A DNA stretch of 64,000 nucleotides from contig JADFXH010000003.1 of the NCBI GenBank assembly GCA_015233675.1, positions 89,279-153,278 on the forward strand, written 5' to 3'. The stretch is from Candidatus Omnitrophota bacterium (GTDB taxonomy: Bacteria > Omnitrophota > Gorgyraeia > Zapsychrales > Fredricksoniimonadaceae). The notes below the pieces were generated by a model. That model did no database searches and was not told where the DNA came from. It saw nothing but the letters and a program-made list of their open reading frames with translations. Below are positions 46,915-55,402 of the stretch, piece by piece (position 1 is the first letter of the stretch; every line of letters starts with the position of its first letter). A program made the position numbers and the translations under genes.

Positions 46915-46941
46915 TTAGCAGACGCATAATGAGAGTGCTAA
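46915..46941. promoter_or_regulatory. CIRCE operator 2 (HrcA binding site)
   Basis: TTAGCAGAC-gcataatga-GAGTGCTAA. Same left-arm variant (GAC) as the hrcA operator at 50194. Confidence 0.75.
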
Positions 46942-46953
46942 TAATAAATGGAT

Positions 46954-47044
46954 TCCCGCTTTTGCGGGAATGACAAAGGATTGGAAAAGGGAATGACAAA
47001 GGATTGGAAAAGGGAATGACAAAAGATTAGAAAAAGAAATGACA
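46954..47044 (+). repeat. REP-like hairpin followed by a 23-bp tandem array (~3.4 units) running into the hsp20 start codon
   Basis: Hairpin TCCCGC-tttt-GCGGGA (46954-46969). Units gggaatgacaaaggattggaaaa at 46966, 46989 and 47012 (variant), plus a partial fourth unit agaaATGACA that contains the hsp20 ATG (47039). Confidence 0.9.
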
Positions 47045-47350
47045 ATTGAAGAAAAGGAGCAGTATATCCTTAAGGCAGATCTTCCCGGCATAAAGAAGGA
47101 AGATATTAAGGTTTCGGTGGAAAACGGTGTTTTGACCATTGAAGGCGAACGCAAAACGGAAGCAGAACATAAGGACAAACATATCCATCGTTTTGAAAGA
47201 AGCTATGGGCGTTTTGTGCGCACTTTGAATTTGGGGACTAGCGTTGACCAAAGTAAAATCCGCGCCAATTATAAAGATGGCGTTTTGGAACTCGTTGTGC
47301 CAAAATCTGAGGCAGCGAAACCAAAAGCGATTGATATTCAAGTCAATTAA
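47039..47350 (+). CDS. Small heat-shock protein (Hsp20/alpha-crystallin domain) lacking an N-terminal arm
   Basis: 103 aa. The alpha-crystallin domain begins at about residue 5 (YILKADLPGIKKEDIKVSVENGVLTIEGER...RFERSYGRFVRTLNL...ANYKDGVLELVVPK). An in-frame stop at 46994-46996 limits any N-terminal extension to under 15 codons. Confidence 0.8.
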   Translation: MTIEEKEQYILKADLPGIKKEDIKVSVENGVLTIEGERKTEAEHKDKHIHRFERSYGRFVRTLNLGTSVDQSKIRANYKDGVLELVVPKSEAAKPKAIDIQVN

Positions 47351-47369
47351 GAGAGGAGCTAACCTCTGT

Positions 47370-47540
47370 CATTGGAATGAAGCGGGAAAGTTACGGAGGG
47401 AGGCTCGGAATTGATGTTTAGGGCGGACGGTAAGTGATGTTAGGGCGAATAAGGGAAACTACCGTTCTATAAGGCTTCTGTAAACGGATTTGAACCAGGA
47501 GCACCTAAACATCAAGGCCGAGACAGGCCCCGCCGCTGGA
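47370..47540 (+). promoter_or_regulatory. Conserved structured leader, copy 1 (upstream of clpB)
   Basis: Arms ctcggaattgatgtttagg (47404-47422) / cctaaacatcaaggccgag (47504-47522) enclose ~80 nt. Followed by the conserved gacaggccccgc and ctggattaat. Paralogous to 53755-53917. Confidence 0.4.
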
Positions 47541-47574
47541 TTAATGGCCTATAAATGACACGACATTAAAATTT

Positions 47575-50160
47575 ATGTTTGATATCAATAAATTTACACA
47601 TAAGAGCCAGGAAACGATAGAGAAGTCAGTTCATTTGGCCCAGGATTTTCATCATCAGGCCATTGAGCCTGAGCATCTGGCATTGAGTTTGACGGAAGAT
47701 CAAAATGGACTGATTCCCGGGATTTTAAAAAATTTGGAGGTTGATCTTCAAGACCTCAACAATCCTTTACGGCGGTATTTGCAGGATAAGCCTTCAGTAG
47801 AAACATCTTCCGGGCAATCTCCTCATTTATCCTTGCGCTTAAATACGGTTCTAAATAAGGCTCAGGATTTAGCCAAATCAATGAAAGACCAGTATGTTGC
47901 CCAGGAACATTTATTTTTAAGTTTGAATCATGAGAAAGAAGGCGTTGTCGCGCAAGTTTTGGGCAAACGCGGTATTCACGAGCGTGATTTGTTAAAAATT
48001 TTAGAAACCATTCGCAAAGGACAAAGAGTCATGGACCAAAACCCCGAAGAAAAGTATCAGGCATTAGAGAAATATGGCAGGGATTTGACGGACTTGGCCG
48101 CTAAGGACAAATTAGACCCGGTGATCGGCCGCGATGAGGAAATTCGCCGTGTCATTCAAGTGCTCTCGCGGCGTACCAAAAATAATCCGGTCTTGATCGG
48201 GGAGCCCGGAGTGGGCAAGACCGCCATTGTCGAGGGTTTGGCCCAACGGATTTTCCGGGGCGATGTCCCGGAGGGCCTTAAGAACAAGCGTGTCATTGTC
48301 CTGGATATGGGGGCTTTGGTAGCCGGATCCAAATTTAGAGGAGAATTTGAAGACCGCCTTAAGGCGGTATTAAAAGAAGTTGAGGACCAAAATGGGGCCG
48401 TTATTTTATTCATTGATGAGTTACATACGATTGTCGGGGCAGGACGTGCGGAAGGCTCGATGGATGCCTCCAATATGCTAAAACCGGCTTTGGCGCGCGG
48501 GGCTTTGCACTGCATCGGGGCAACCACCCTTGATGAATACCGTCAGCATATTGAAAAAGACGCAGCGCTTGAAAGGCGCTTTGCGCAAGTTTTAGTCAAT
48601 GAGCCAAGCGTGGAGGACACCATTGCTATTTTGCGCGGGCTTAAAGAAAAATATGAAGTGCATCACGGTGTTCGTATTCAGGACTCGGCCATTGTAGCCG
48701 CGGCCATGATGAGCCAGCGTTATATCACGGACCGCTTTTTGCCGGATAAGGCCATTGATCTGATTGATGAGGCTGCCTCCCGCCTGCGTATTGAAATTGA
48801 CAGTATGCCTCAGGAGCTTGATGTTAATGAACGAGATATCCGTCGTCTGGAAATCGAACGCCAGGCACTTAAAAAAGAAACAGACATGCCATCCAAAGAA
48901 CGTCTTAAAAAAATTGATGAGGAGTTAAACCGTCTTAAGGAAACAAATAAGGTCATGCGCCTGCGCTGGCAGAATGAGAAAGCGGTGATTGACCGCATCC
49001 GTAACATTAAAGCGCAAATTGAAGAAAAGAAATCAGAGGAGATAAAGGCTGAAAAAGTAGGCGATCTTAATAAAGTCGCGGAGATCCGTTACGGAACCAT
49101 GGTTGAGCTTAATAAAAAATTAGAAGCCGGCAATAAGGAGATGTCCAAGCTGCAAAAAGACGGCGGATTGCTTAAAGAAGAAGTGGATGACCGGGATATC
49201 GTTGAGATCATTGCCAAGTGGACCAAGATCCCTTTGTCTAAGTTGATGCAGGCGGAGACGGAAAAATTGATCCACATGGAAGATGCGCTGAAGAAACGTG
49301 TCGTCGGGCAGGATCAGGCCATTGAGGCCGTTGCCTCGTGCATCCGCCGTTCGCGCACGGGACTTTCCGACCCAAACCGTCCGTCGGGTTCTTTTATTTT
49401 TGTGGGGCCCACAGGTGTGGGGAAAACGGAATTGGCCAAATCCCTGGCATGGTTTTTGTTTGACGATGAAAATGCCATGGTGCGTATTGACATGAGCGAA
49501 TATATGGAGAAACATGCGGTGGCGCGCCTGATCGGTGCACCGCCGGGGTATGTAGGCTACGAAGAAGGCGGGCAGCTGACAGAGGCCGTACGCCGCAAAC
49601 CGTATGCAGTGGTGCTGTTTGATGAAATTGAAAAAGCACATCCGGATGTTTTTAACGTGCTTTTGCAGCTGCTTGATGATGGGCGTTTGACCGACAGTCA
49701 GGGAAGGGTGGTCAATTTTAAAAATACTATTGTGATCATGACCTCTAATATCGGTACTGCGCAGACGGCGGTATTGGATGATCAAAAAGAGATCGATAAC
49801 CGTATCCAGGATGCCTTACGCCGTCATTTTCGTCCGGAATTTTTAAACCGTGTTGATGAGATCATTGTTTTTCACCGTTTAGGCATCAAAGAATTAAAGA
49901 AGGTCGTGGACATACAAGCTGCAATTTTAACTGAGAGGCTGAAAGACAAAGGCATAGTTTTAAAATTAAGCGAAAAGGCCAAAGATCTTTTGGGCCGGCA
50001 GGGCTATGATCCCGTGTACGGCGCCCGGCCGCTTAAACGTGTCATCCAGAAATTATTGCAAGACCCCATTGCCCTGCGTATCCTGCAGGGGGAATTAAAA
50101 GAGGGACAGACAGTCAAAGTTGATGTGCAAAGCAATGATTTGGTCATAGATACAGATTGA
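47575..50160 (+). CDS. clpB: ATP-dependent disaggregase ClpB
   Basis: 861 aa. Two AAA+ modules (GEPGVGKT and GPTGVGKT Walker A motifs) separated by the long coiled-coil M-domain. N-terminal Clp repeat domain. Confidence 0.95.
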   Translation: MFDINKFTHKSQETIEKSVHLAQDFHHQAIEPEHLALSLTEDQNGLIPGILKNLEVDLQDLNNPLRRYLQDKPSVETSSGQSPHLSLRLNTVLNKAQDLAKSMKDQYVAQEHLFLSLNHEKEGVVAQVLGKRGIHERDLLKILETIRKGQRVMDQNPEEKYQALEKYGRDLTDLAAKDKLDPVIGRDEEIRRVIQVLSRRTKNNPVLIGEPGVGKTAIVEGLAQRIFRGDVPEGLKNKRVIVLDMGALVAGSKFRGEFEDRLKAVLKEVEDQNGAVILFIDELHTIVGAGRAEGSMDASNMLKPALARGALHCIGATTLDEYRQHIEKDAALERRFAQVLVNEPSVEDTIAILRGLKEKYEVHHGVRIQDSAIVAAAMMSQRYITDRFLPDKAIDLIDEAASRLRIEIDSMPQELDVNERDIRRLEIERQALKKETDMPSKERLKKIDEELNRLKETNKVMRLRWQNEKAVIDRIRNIKAQIEEKKSEEIKAEKVGDLNKVAEIRYGTMVELNKKLEAGNKEMSKLQKDGGLLKEEVDDRDIVEIIAKWTKIPLSKLMQAETEKLIHMEDALKKRVVGQDQAIEAVASCIRRSRTGLSDPNRPSGSFIFVGPTGVGKTELAKSLAWFLFDDENAMVRIDMSEYMEKHAVARLIGAPPGYVGYEEGGQLTEAVRRKPYAVVLFDEIEKAHPDVFNVLLQLLDDGRLTDSQGRVVNFKNTIVIMTSNIGTAQTAVLDDQKEIDNRIQDALRRHFRPEFLNRVDEIIVFHRLGIKELKKVVDIQAAILTERLKDKGIVLKLSEKAKDLLGRQGYDPVYGARPLKRVIQKLLQDPIALRILQGELKEGQTVKVDVQSNDLVIDTD

Positions 50161-50164
50161 TAAC

Positions 50165-50192
50165 TTGACAAACATTATGTTTTTGTTATACT
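50165..50192 (+). promoter_or_regulatory. Sigma70-type promoter of the hrcA-grpE-dnaK-dnaJ unit
   Basis: TTGACA (50165-50170), 16-nt spacer, TATACT (50187-50192), immediately followed by CIRCE. Confidence 0.6.
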
Positions 50193-50193
50193 T

Positions 50194-50220
50194 TTAGCAG
50201 ACGGGCATTGAGAGTGCTAA
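50194..50220. promoter_or_regulatory. CIRCE operator 3 (HrcA binding site)
   Basis: TTAGCAGAC-gggcattga-GAGTGCTAA, 28 nt upstream of the hrcA ATG. Confidence 0.8.
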
Positions 50221-50247
50221 TCCGGGAATATATTTAAGGGCTTTAAT

Positions 50248-50979
50248 ATGGCAGCTAAACAATCGGACATACAGATACGCAAAGACCGCATTTTGGCGAT
50301 CGTGATCAGCCGGTATATTAAGACTGTCTCGCCCGTAGGATCGCAATATATTACGGAAGAACATGATCTTGATGTATCACCCGCGACGGTGCGCAATATC
50401 CTGGCGGATCTGGAAGAAGAAGGGTATTTGTCGCATCCTCATACCTCGGCCGGCCGCATGCCGACCGAGCGGGGTTATCGCTATTATGTGGACCATTTGA
50501 TGGATGAGATCCAGCTTCTGGAAGAAGAAAAAAGGAGAATCTCTCAGGAATACAAGCGCCATGCGCGCCAGCTTGAAGACTTGATGGAAAAAACATCGCA
50601 GGTGATCTCTGACCTGACCCATTATACCAGCATCGTCTCATTGGATGATGACAATGAACATAAGATCATCTGCAAGGGGACTAGTTATGTGGTGGGCTAT
50701 CCGGATAACACAGACATTTTAAAGATCCAGGCTATTTTAAAGCTTCTCGAGGAAAAAGAACGGCTCATGGAATTGATCAACCGTACCCTTGAGGAAAAAA
50801 TTAAAATTTATATAGGCCATGAAATGGCCCTTAAGGACATGGAAAGCTGTTCCCTGGCAATTTCCCGTTTTGAAAAAAATGGGGTCAAGGGGCGTATCGC
50901 GGTGTTAGGCCCCACGCGCATGCAGTATGATCGCGTGGTTTCAACCCTCGAGTATATCTCGCAGATGCTAAGCCATTAA
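50248..50979 (+). CDS. hrcA: Heat-inducible transcription repressor HrcA (short form)
   Basis: 243 aa. N-terminal winged helix ...VGSQYITEEHDLDVSPATVRNILADLEEEGYLSHPHTSAGRMPTERGYRYYVD. Shorter than the ~340 aa typical of HrcA. Sits directly upstream of grpE-dnaK-dnaJ. Confidence 0.8.
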   Translation: MAAKQSDIQIRKDRILAIVISRYIKTVSPVGSQYITEEHDLDVSPATVRNILADLEEEGYLSHPHTSAGRMPTERGYRYYVDHLMDEIQLLEEEKRRISQEYKRHARQLEDLMEKTSQVISDLTHYTSIVSLDDDNEHKIICKGTSYVVGYPDNTDILKIQAILKLLEEKERLMELINRTLEEKIKIYIGHEMALKDMESCSLAISRFEKNGVKGRIAVLGPTRMQYDRVVSTLEYISQMLSH

Positions 50980-51017
50980 TAGCTGCCTGAAGAACAAGCT
51001 TTTATTAAACTAAAATT

Positions 51018-51533
51018 ATGGACGATAATAGCCTAAACCCTCAAGAAGAAATTTTGTCTCAAGAGCTGCCAGTCCAACCCGTTGCAAAAGCCGCGGATGA
51101 GGGGCTGGATTATAAAGATAAGTATATGAGGCTTTTGGCAGAATTTGATAATATGCGCAAGCGACATGAACGCCAGCGCTGTGATTTGATCAAATATGCG
51201 CATGAGGAAGTCATCATTGAGTGTTTGAAGTTGTATGATGATCTGGAAAGATCGCTGTCGGCGTTTAAATCAAAAGAAGGGACCGATGTGAATCTAATCA
51301 AAGGTCTTGAGATGGTTTATAATAATATGAAGGAATTGATGGGCAAATATGAAGTTAAGCCCATTGAAGCAAAAGGCAAGCCGTTTGACCATAACACTCA
51401 GGAAGTTTTAATGCAGCAGGAAACCGCGGATTTTCCTGACGGAGTTGTGATGGAAGAATTGGAAAAAGGATACACTTTAGGCGGCAAGGTAGTGCGCACG
51501 GTTAAGGTGAAGGTGGCAAAGAATAATAATTGA
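51018..51533 (+). CDS. grpE: Nucleotide exchange factor GrpE
   Basis: 171 aa. YMRLLAEFDNMRKRHERQ, a long helix, then a C-terminal beta domain FDHNTQEVLMQ...GYTLGGKVVRTVKVKV. Confidence 0.9.
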   Translation: MDDNSLNPQEEILSQELPVQPVAKAADEGLDYKDKYMRLLAEFDNMRKRHERQRCDLIKYAHEEVIIECLKLYDDLERSLSAFKSKEGTDVNLIKGLEMVYNNMKELMGKYEVKPIEAKGKPFDHNTQEVLMQQETADFPDGVVMEELEKGYTLGGKVVRTVKVKVAKNNN

Positions 51534-51545
51534 ATATTAATGAAT

Positions 51546-51618
51546 GTCATCCCCTTGACAAGCGGGGATCCTATTCAGAATTAGTTCTGACTTAGATTCC
51601 CGCTTTTGCGGGAATGAC
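51546..51618. repeat. Pair of inverted REP-like hairpins (BIME-like) between grpE and dnaK
   Basis: gtcATCCCC-ttgacaagc-GGGGATcc (51546-51571) and gATTCCCGC-tttt-GCGGGAATgac (51595-51618) lie in opposite orientation. Confidence 0.8.
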
Positions 51619-51640
51619 AAAGGACATGGAGGATATTTAT

Positions 51641-53560
51641 ATGGCACGCGTTATTGGAATCGATTTAGGCACGTCAAACTCGGCAGCCGCCGCCATGGAG
51701 GGCGGTCGTCCGGTGATCATCCCTTCAGCCGAAGGGGCAGGAGTATCTTCGGGTAAAGCATTCCCGTCGTTTGTGGCTTTCACCAAGGATGGGCAACTGT
51801 TGGTCGGTGAACCAGCCCGTCGACAGGCGCCGATTAATTCGGAGGGGACTATTTATGCCTCCAAGCGCAAGATGGGGACGGATTTTAAATTCAAGGTGTT
51901 TGGCAAGGAGTATACGCCCCAGCAGGTCGGTTCATTCATCCTGCAGAAAATCAAATCCGATGCCGAGAAATTTTTAGGCGAAACGGTCGATAGCGCCGTT
52001 ATTACAGTGCCGGCATATTTTAATGATAACCAGCGTCAGGCAACCAGGGATGCAGGGGAAATCGCAGGTCTTAAAGTTTCCCGTATCATCAATGAACCGA
52101 CCGCGGCCTGTCTGGCGTATGGTTTAGATAAAGCCGGAAAAGAACAGAAGGTCATGGTTTTTGACTTGGGCGGAGGAACGCTCGATGTGACTATTTTGGA
52201 AATGGGCTGGGATGCGGCCGCTAAGGCTGCAACTTTTGAAGTTTTGTCCACTTCCGGTGATACTCAATTAGGCGGAACGGACATGGACAATGCCTTGATT
52301 GACTATATCACCACGGAATTCAAGAAAGAGTCCGGCATTGATTTGCGCAATGACAAAATGTCATTTCAGCGCCTGCGTGAAGCCGCGGAAAAAGCCAAGG
52401 TGGAGCTTTCCAGCACGGTGGCGACCGATGTTAATTTGCCGTATATCACGGCAGATGCAACGGGCCCCAAGCATTTAACCATGAAAATTGAACGGGCCAA
52501 GCTCGAAAGTCTTGTGGCCCCGTTGATTGACCGCTGCCGCGGCCCGGTACGTCAGGCCATTAAAGATGCGTCGGCTAAATTAGGCGCAGATGTTAAAATT
52601 GACCGTGTAGTTTTAGTCGGAGGGCCTACCCGCATGCCGATTGTTCAGCAATTCCTGGAAAAGGAAGTTGGCCAGAAAATCGAAGGCGGCATTGACCCCA
52701 TGGAATGCGTTGCTTTAGGAGCTGCCGTTCAAGGGGCCATCATCACGGGTGACGCCAAGGAAGTTTTGTTGCTCGACGTGACGCCGTTGTCCCTGGGGAT
52801 TGAAACCATGGGCGCTGTGTTTACCAAATTAATTGATCGCAACACTACTATCCCCACCAAGAAAAGCCAGGTTTTTTCAACAGCGGAGGACAATCAAACA
52901 GCGGTGACAATCCGGGTTTTACAGGGTGAACGTCAAATGGCCAATGATAATACAGAACTTGGCCGTTTTGATTTAGTCGGCATTCCCTCGGCACCGCGCG
53001 GCATACCGCAAATCGAGGTGACCTTTGATATTGATGCTAACGGCATCGTGCACGTCACGGCTAAGGACAAGGCCACGGGTAAAGAACAAAAAATCCAAAT
53101 CACGGCCAAGACTAAACTTTCAGAGGCTGAAATAGAGAAAATGGTCAAAGAAGCGGAGAAATATGCCGAAGAGGACAAAAAGCGCCGTGAGGAAGCTGAG
53201 CTTCTCAACCAGGCAAACACGCTGCTTTATTCGACGGAAAAATCTTTGAAAGATTTTGGCGACAAAGTGTCCGCACAGGAAAAAGAAGCGGTGGAAAAAG
53301 AATTAACGGCCCTAAGAGACGCCATCAAGGACAAGAATCATGAGAAAATCAAGTCCAGCATGGAGAGTTTGCAAAAGGTCAGTCATAAATTAGCGGAAGA
53401 AATGTACAAAGCAAGCGCGGCCCAGCAGCAGGCACCAGGGGCCAATCCGCAGGCTGAAGAACCCAAACCAGAGGGCGCAGAGAACCAGTCTCAAGCGCCT
53501 AAAGATAAGGGCAAGGACGACGTTATCGACGCTGATTTTAAGGCTAGTTCGGATAAGTAA
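51641..53560 (+). CDS. dnaK: Chaperone DnaK (Hsp70)
   Basis: The track start 51614 (MTKDMEDIY...) lies in the REP element (gaATGACAaagg). ATG 51641 gives the canonical [14 protein letters not shown], with a GGAGGA Shine-Dalgarno 7 nt upstream. DLGGGTLDV and the C-terminal lid are present. Confidence 0.95.
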   Translation: MARVIGIDLGTSNSAAAAMEGGRPVIIPSAEGAGVSSGKAFPSFVAFTKDGQLLVGEPARRQAPINSEGTIYASKRKMGTDFKFKVFGKEYTPQQVGSFILQKIKSDAEKFLGETVDSAVITVPAYFNDNQRQATRDAGEIAGLKVSRIINEPTAACLAYGLDKAGKEQKVMVFDLGGGTLDVTILEMGWDAAAKAATFEVLSTSGDTQLGGTDMDNALIDYITTEFKKESGIDLRNDKMSFQRLREAAEKAKVELSSTVATDVNLPYITADATGPKHLTMKIERAKLESLVAPLIDRCRGPVRQAIKDASAKLGADVKIDRVVLVGGPTRMPIVQQFLEKEVGQKIEGGIDPMECVALGAAVQGAIITGDAKEVLLLDVTPLSLGIETMGAVFTKLIDRNTTIPTKKSQVFSTAEDNQTAVTIRVLQGERQMANDNTELGRFDLVGIPSAPRGIPQIEVTFDIDANGIVHVTAKDKATGKEQKIQITAKTKLSEAEIEKMVKEAEKYAEEDKKRREEAELLNQANTLLYSTEKSLKDFGDKVSAQEKEAVEKELTALRDAIKDKNHEKIKSSMESLQKVSHKLAEEMYKASAAQQQAPGANPQAEEPKPEGAENQSQAPKDKGKDDVIDADFKASSDK

Positions 53561-53570
53561 ATACGCGCAG

Positions 53571-53747
53571 GGCCGCGAGTAAAAATATATTACTTTCCAC
53601 ACGGAATATTTTCGCCGTCTGCTTCGGTTTACAACAAAAATGTTCTAAAGATTCTCTTCATTTGGAACATTTTTGTTGTAAAACCTTGCAGACATTTGGC
53701 GAAAAATTCCTTAATGTGTGGAAAGTAATATATCTTTACTCACGGCC
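53571..53747 (+). repeat. Long-hairpin intergenic element, copy F (family 1, divergent outer stem)
   Basis: Outer arms ggccgcgagtaaaaatatattactttccacac / gtgtggaaagtaatatatctttactcacggcc. Inner arms tacaacaaaaatgttc / gaacatttttgttgta (perfect). Core and apical loop as in copies A and C. Confidence 0.9.
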
Positions 53748-53754
53748 ACTAGTG

Positions 53755-53917
53755 CATTGAATTATGGTGGTATTAGCGGGTGTCATTAGCCTCGATATTA
53801 AGGCGCGCACGGCACCTGCACAAGTGGGCGGTTTAGGGGGCACTATCGTCGGTGCTGCTGTTAAGGTTGCCCTCGCTTGAGGAGCACCTTAATGTTGAGG
53901 CTAATGACAGGCCCCGC
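53755..53917 (+). promoter_or_regulatory. Conserved structured leader, copy 2 (upstream of dnaJ)
   Basis: Arms gtcattagcctcgatattaagg (53782-53803) / ccttaatgttgaggctaatgac (53887-53908) enclose ~83 nt. Followed by gacaggccccgc (53906-53917) and ctggatctaat. Paralogous to 47370-47540. Confidence 0.4.
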
Positions 53918-53960
53918 GTAAACGGCATATCTCTGGATCTAATTTGGAAAGTTATATCTT

Positions 53961-55097
53961 ATGAAAAAAGACTATTACGAGATTTTAGGGGTGTCCAGGG
54001 ATGCCACACTGGCGGATATCAAGAAGGTTTATCGTTCTTTGGCGTTGAAATACCATCCGGATCGTGTTCAGGAATCCGAGAAAAAGGCTGCCGAGGAAAA
54101 ATTTAAGGAAATTTCCGAAGCTTACGGCGTGCTTTCCGATCCGCAGAAAAAGCAAACGTATGATCAATTCGGCCATCAGGGGATTGATCAGAATTATACG
54201 TCGGAAGATATTTTCCGTGGAGCTGATTTTTCCAGTATTTTTGGCGGAGAATCTGATCTGGGAGATATTTTGGGGCGCATGTTCGGCTCCCAGTTCGATT
54301 TTGGAGGAGCAACATCCGGCGCAGGCAGACGATCGCGCGGCCATGATATTCAATACGAGGTCGAATTGACGCTTGAGGAAGCATATAGAGGGATCAAGAA
54401 GGAGATTAAATTCCCGCGTCATGAGCATTGTAAGAAATGTGACGGTACCGGGGCAAAATCCGGCACGTCTTTGAAAACATGCCATTCCTGCGGCGGGCAA
54501 GGGCAGGTGGTCATGGCTAACGGATTTTTCCGTATGGCCCAAACGTGCCCTAAATGCCGCGGTTCGGGGAAGATTATTACTGAGTTTTGCCCGGAATGCA
54601 CCGGACGGGGAGTTGTGAGGATTGTCCGTACCGTTGAGATTAAGGTCCCTTCGGGTGTTGATAACGATTCTCAGTTGCGCGTACGCGGTGAAGGAGAATC
54701 CGGCAGCGGCGGTAATGGGGATTTGTTTTTGTTCATTAAAGTGAAAGAACATCCTGTTTTCCAGCGGCAGGCTCAAGATTTAAAGATGGATTTGCCGGTT
54801 TCTTTTGCCAAAGCCGCTTTAGGCGGTGAGGAAAAAATAAAAACCCTTAAAGAAGAAGTGGTAATGAAGATACCTGAGGGAACGCAAAGCGGCAAGGTCT
54901 TTCGTATGCGCGGTCAGGGGATGCCGGATGTCCATGGAGGGCACGAATTTGGTGATTTATATGTACGCGTAATGTTAGCGGTGCCTGATAGCTTGACCGG
55001 CCGCCAGCGTGAATTGATGGAAGAGCTGAGCCGTGAATTGGGAGAAAGCAACACTAAAACTACGTTTAAAGATAAATTCAAAAAAGCTTTCAAATGA
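53961..55097 (+). CDS. dnaJ: Co-chaperone DnaJ (Hsp40)
   Basis: 378 aa. J-domain with the HPD motif (KYHPDR), a G/F-rich linker, and four CxxCxGxG zinc motifs (CKKCDGTG, CHSCGGQG, CPKCRGSG, CPECTGRG). Confidence 0.95.
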   Translation: MKKDYYEILGVSRDATLADIKKVYRSLALKYHPDRVQESEKKAAEEKFKEISEAYGVLSDPQKKQTYDQFGHQGIDQNYTSEDIFRGADFSSIFGGESDLGDILGRMFGSQFDFGGATSGAGRRSRGHDIQYEVELTLEEAYRGIKKEIKFPRHEHCKKCDGTGAKSGTSLKTCHSCGGQGQVVMANGFFRMAQTCPKCRGSGKIITEFCPECTGRGVVRIVRTVEIKVPSGVDNDSQLRVRGEGESGSGGNGDLFLFIKVKEHPVFQRQAQDLKMDLPVSFAKAALGGEEKIKTLKEEVVMKIPEGTQSGKVFRMRGQGMPDVHGGHEFGDLYVRVMLAVPDSLTGRQRELMEELSRELGESNTKTTFKDKFKKAFK

Positions 55098-55115
55098 CCA
55101 ATTTTAGGAGATTTT

Positions 55116-55400
55116 ATGCCAACCTATGAATATGAATGCCAGGCCTGTGGACATGTATTTGAAGAACTTCAAGCCATGACGGCCCCTAAATTGACCCTGT
55201 GCCCGCAATGTCATAAAAAAAAATTGACGCGCCTGATCGGCCGCGGCTCCGGTATGATTTTTAAAGGGTCCGGCTTCTACGAAACCGATTATAAAAAAAA
55301 ATCCCTCTCAGCCGCTGAAAAAAAAGAGGCTTCCAAGCCTGCCAGCACATCTTCACCCCAAGGCTCACCCTGCAATGGTTGCCCCTGCAAGGGGAAGTAG
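55116..55400 (+). CDS. FmdB-family zinc-ribbon protein
   Basis: 94 aa. MPTYEYECQACGHVFEELQ...CPQCH, the standard FmdB/CxxC-CxxC ribbon. AGGAG Shine-Dalgarno present. Confidence 0.7.
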   Translation: MPTYEYECQACGHVFEELQAMTAPKLTLCPQCHKKKLTRLIGRGSGMIFKGSGFYETDYKKKSLSAAEKKEASKPASTSSPQGSPCNGCPCKGK

Positions 55401-55402
55401 AC

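Noticed and set aside
47480-47530. Sigma32- or sigma54-type promoter inside the conserved clpB/dnaJ leaders (ttgaaccaggagcacc / cgcttgaggagcacc).
   Set aside because: There is no CCCCAT-like -10 at 13-15 nt from the CTTGA-like segment and no TGGCAC-N5-TTGC arrangement. The conserved blocks are better explained as parts of a helix.
51614-51640. Track-suggested longer starts for dnaK (51614), thiG (31381 TTG), the permease (15303), the GH protein (17125), DUF1015 (58134 TTG), the second GGDEF (62649 GTG) and the OM-like protein (1279).
   Set aside because: In each case the extension overlaps the upstream gene or a repeat. A downstream ATG restores the canonical family N-terminus and/or a Shine-Dalgarno, or a stop-start overlap.
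53764-53880. A 38-aa Gly/Ala-rich ORF (MVVLAGVISLDIKARTAPAQVGGLGGTIVGAAVKVALA) inside the dnaJ leader, a possible small peptide or bacteriocin-like gene.
   Set aside because: The paralogous clpB leader (47370-47540) has stops in all corresponding frames. The similarity between the two regions is at the nucleotide and helix level. There is no Shine-Dalgarno.
53985-54776. Long antisense or alternative-frame ORFs inside well-supported genes: 53985-54776(-) in dnaJ, 49120-49785(-) in clpB, 19057-19572(-) in the GH gene, 28601-28828(+) and 28404-28703(-) around the charged protein, and many 60-130-aa ORFs in the track.
   Set aside because: These are shadow ORFs. Each lies fully within a gene that has strong family motifs in another frame, and they have no motifs of their own.
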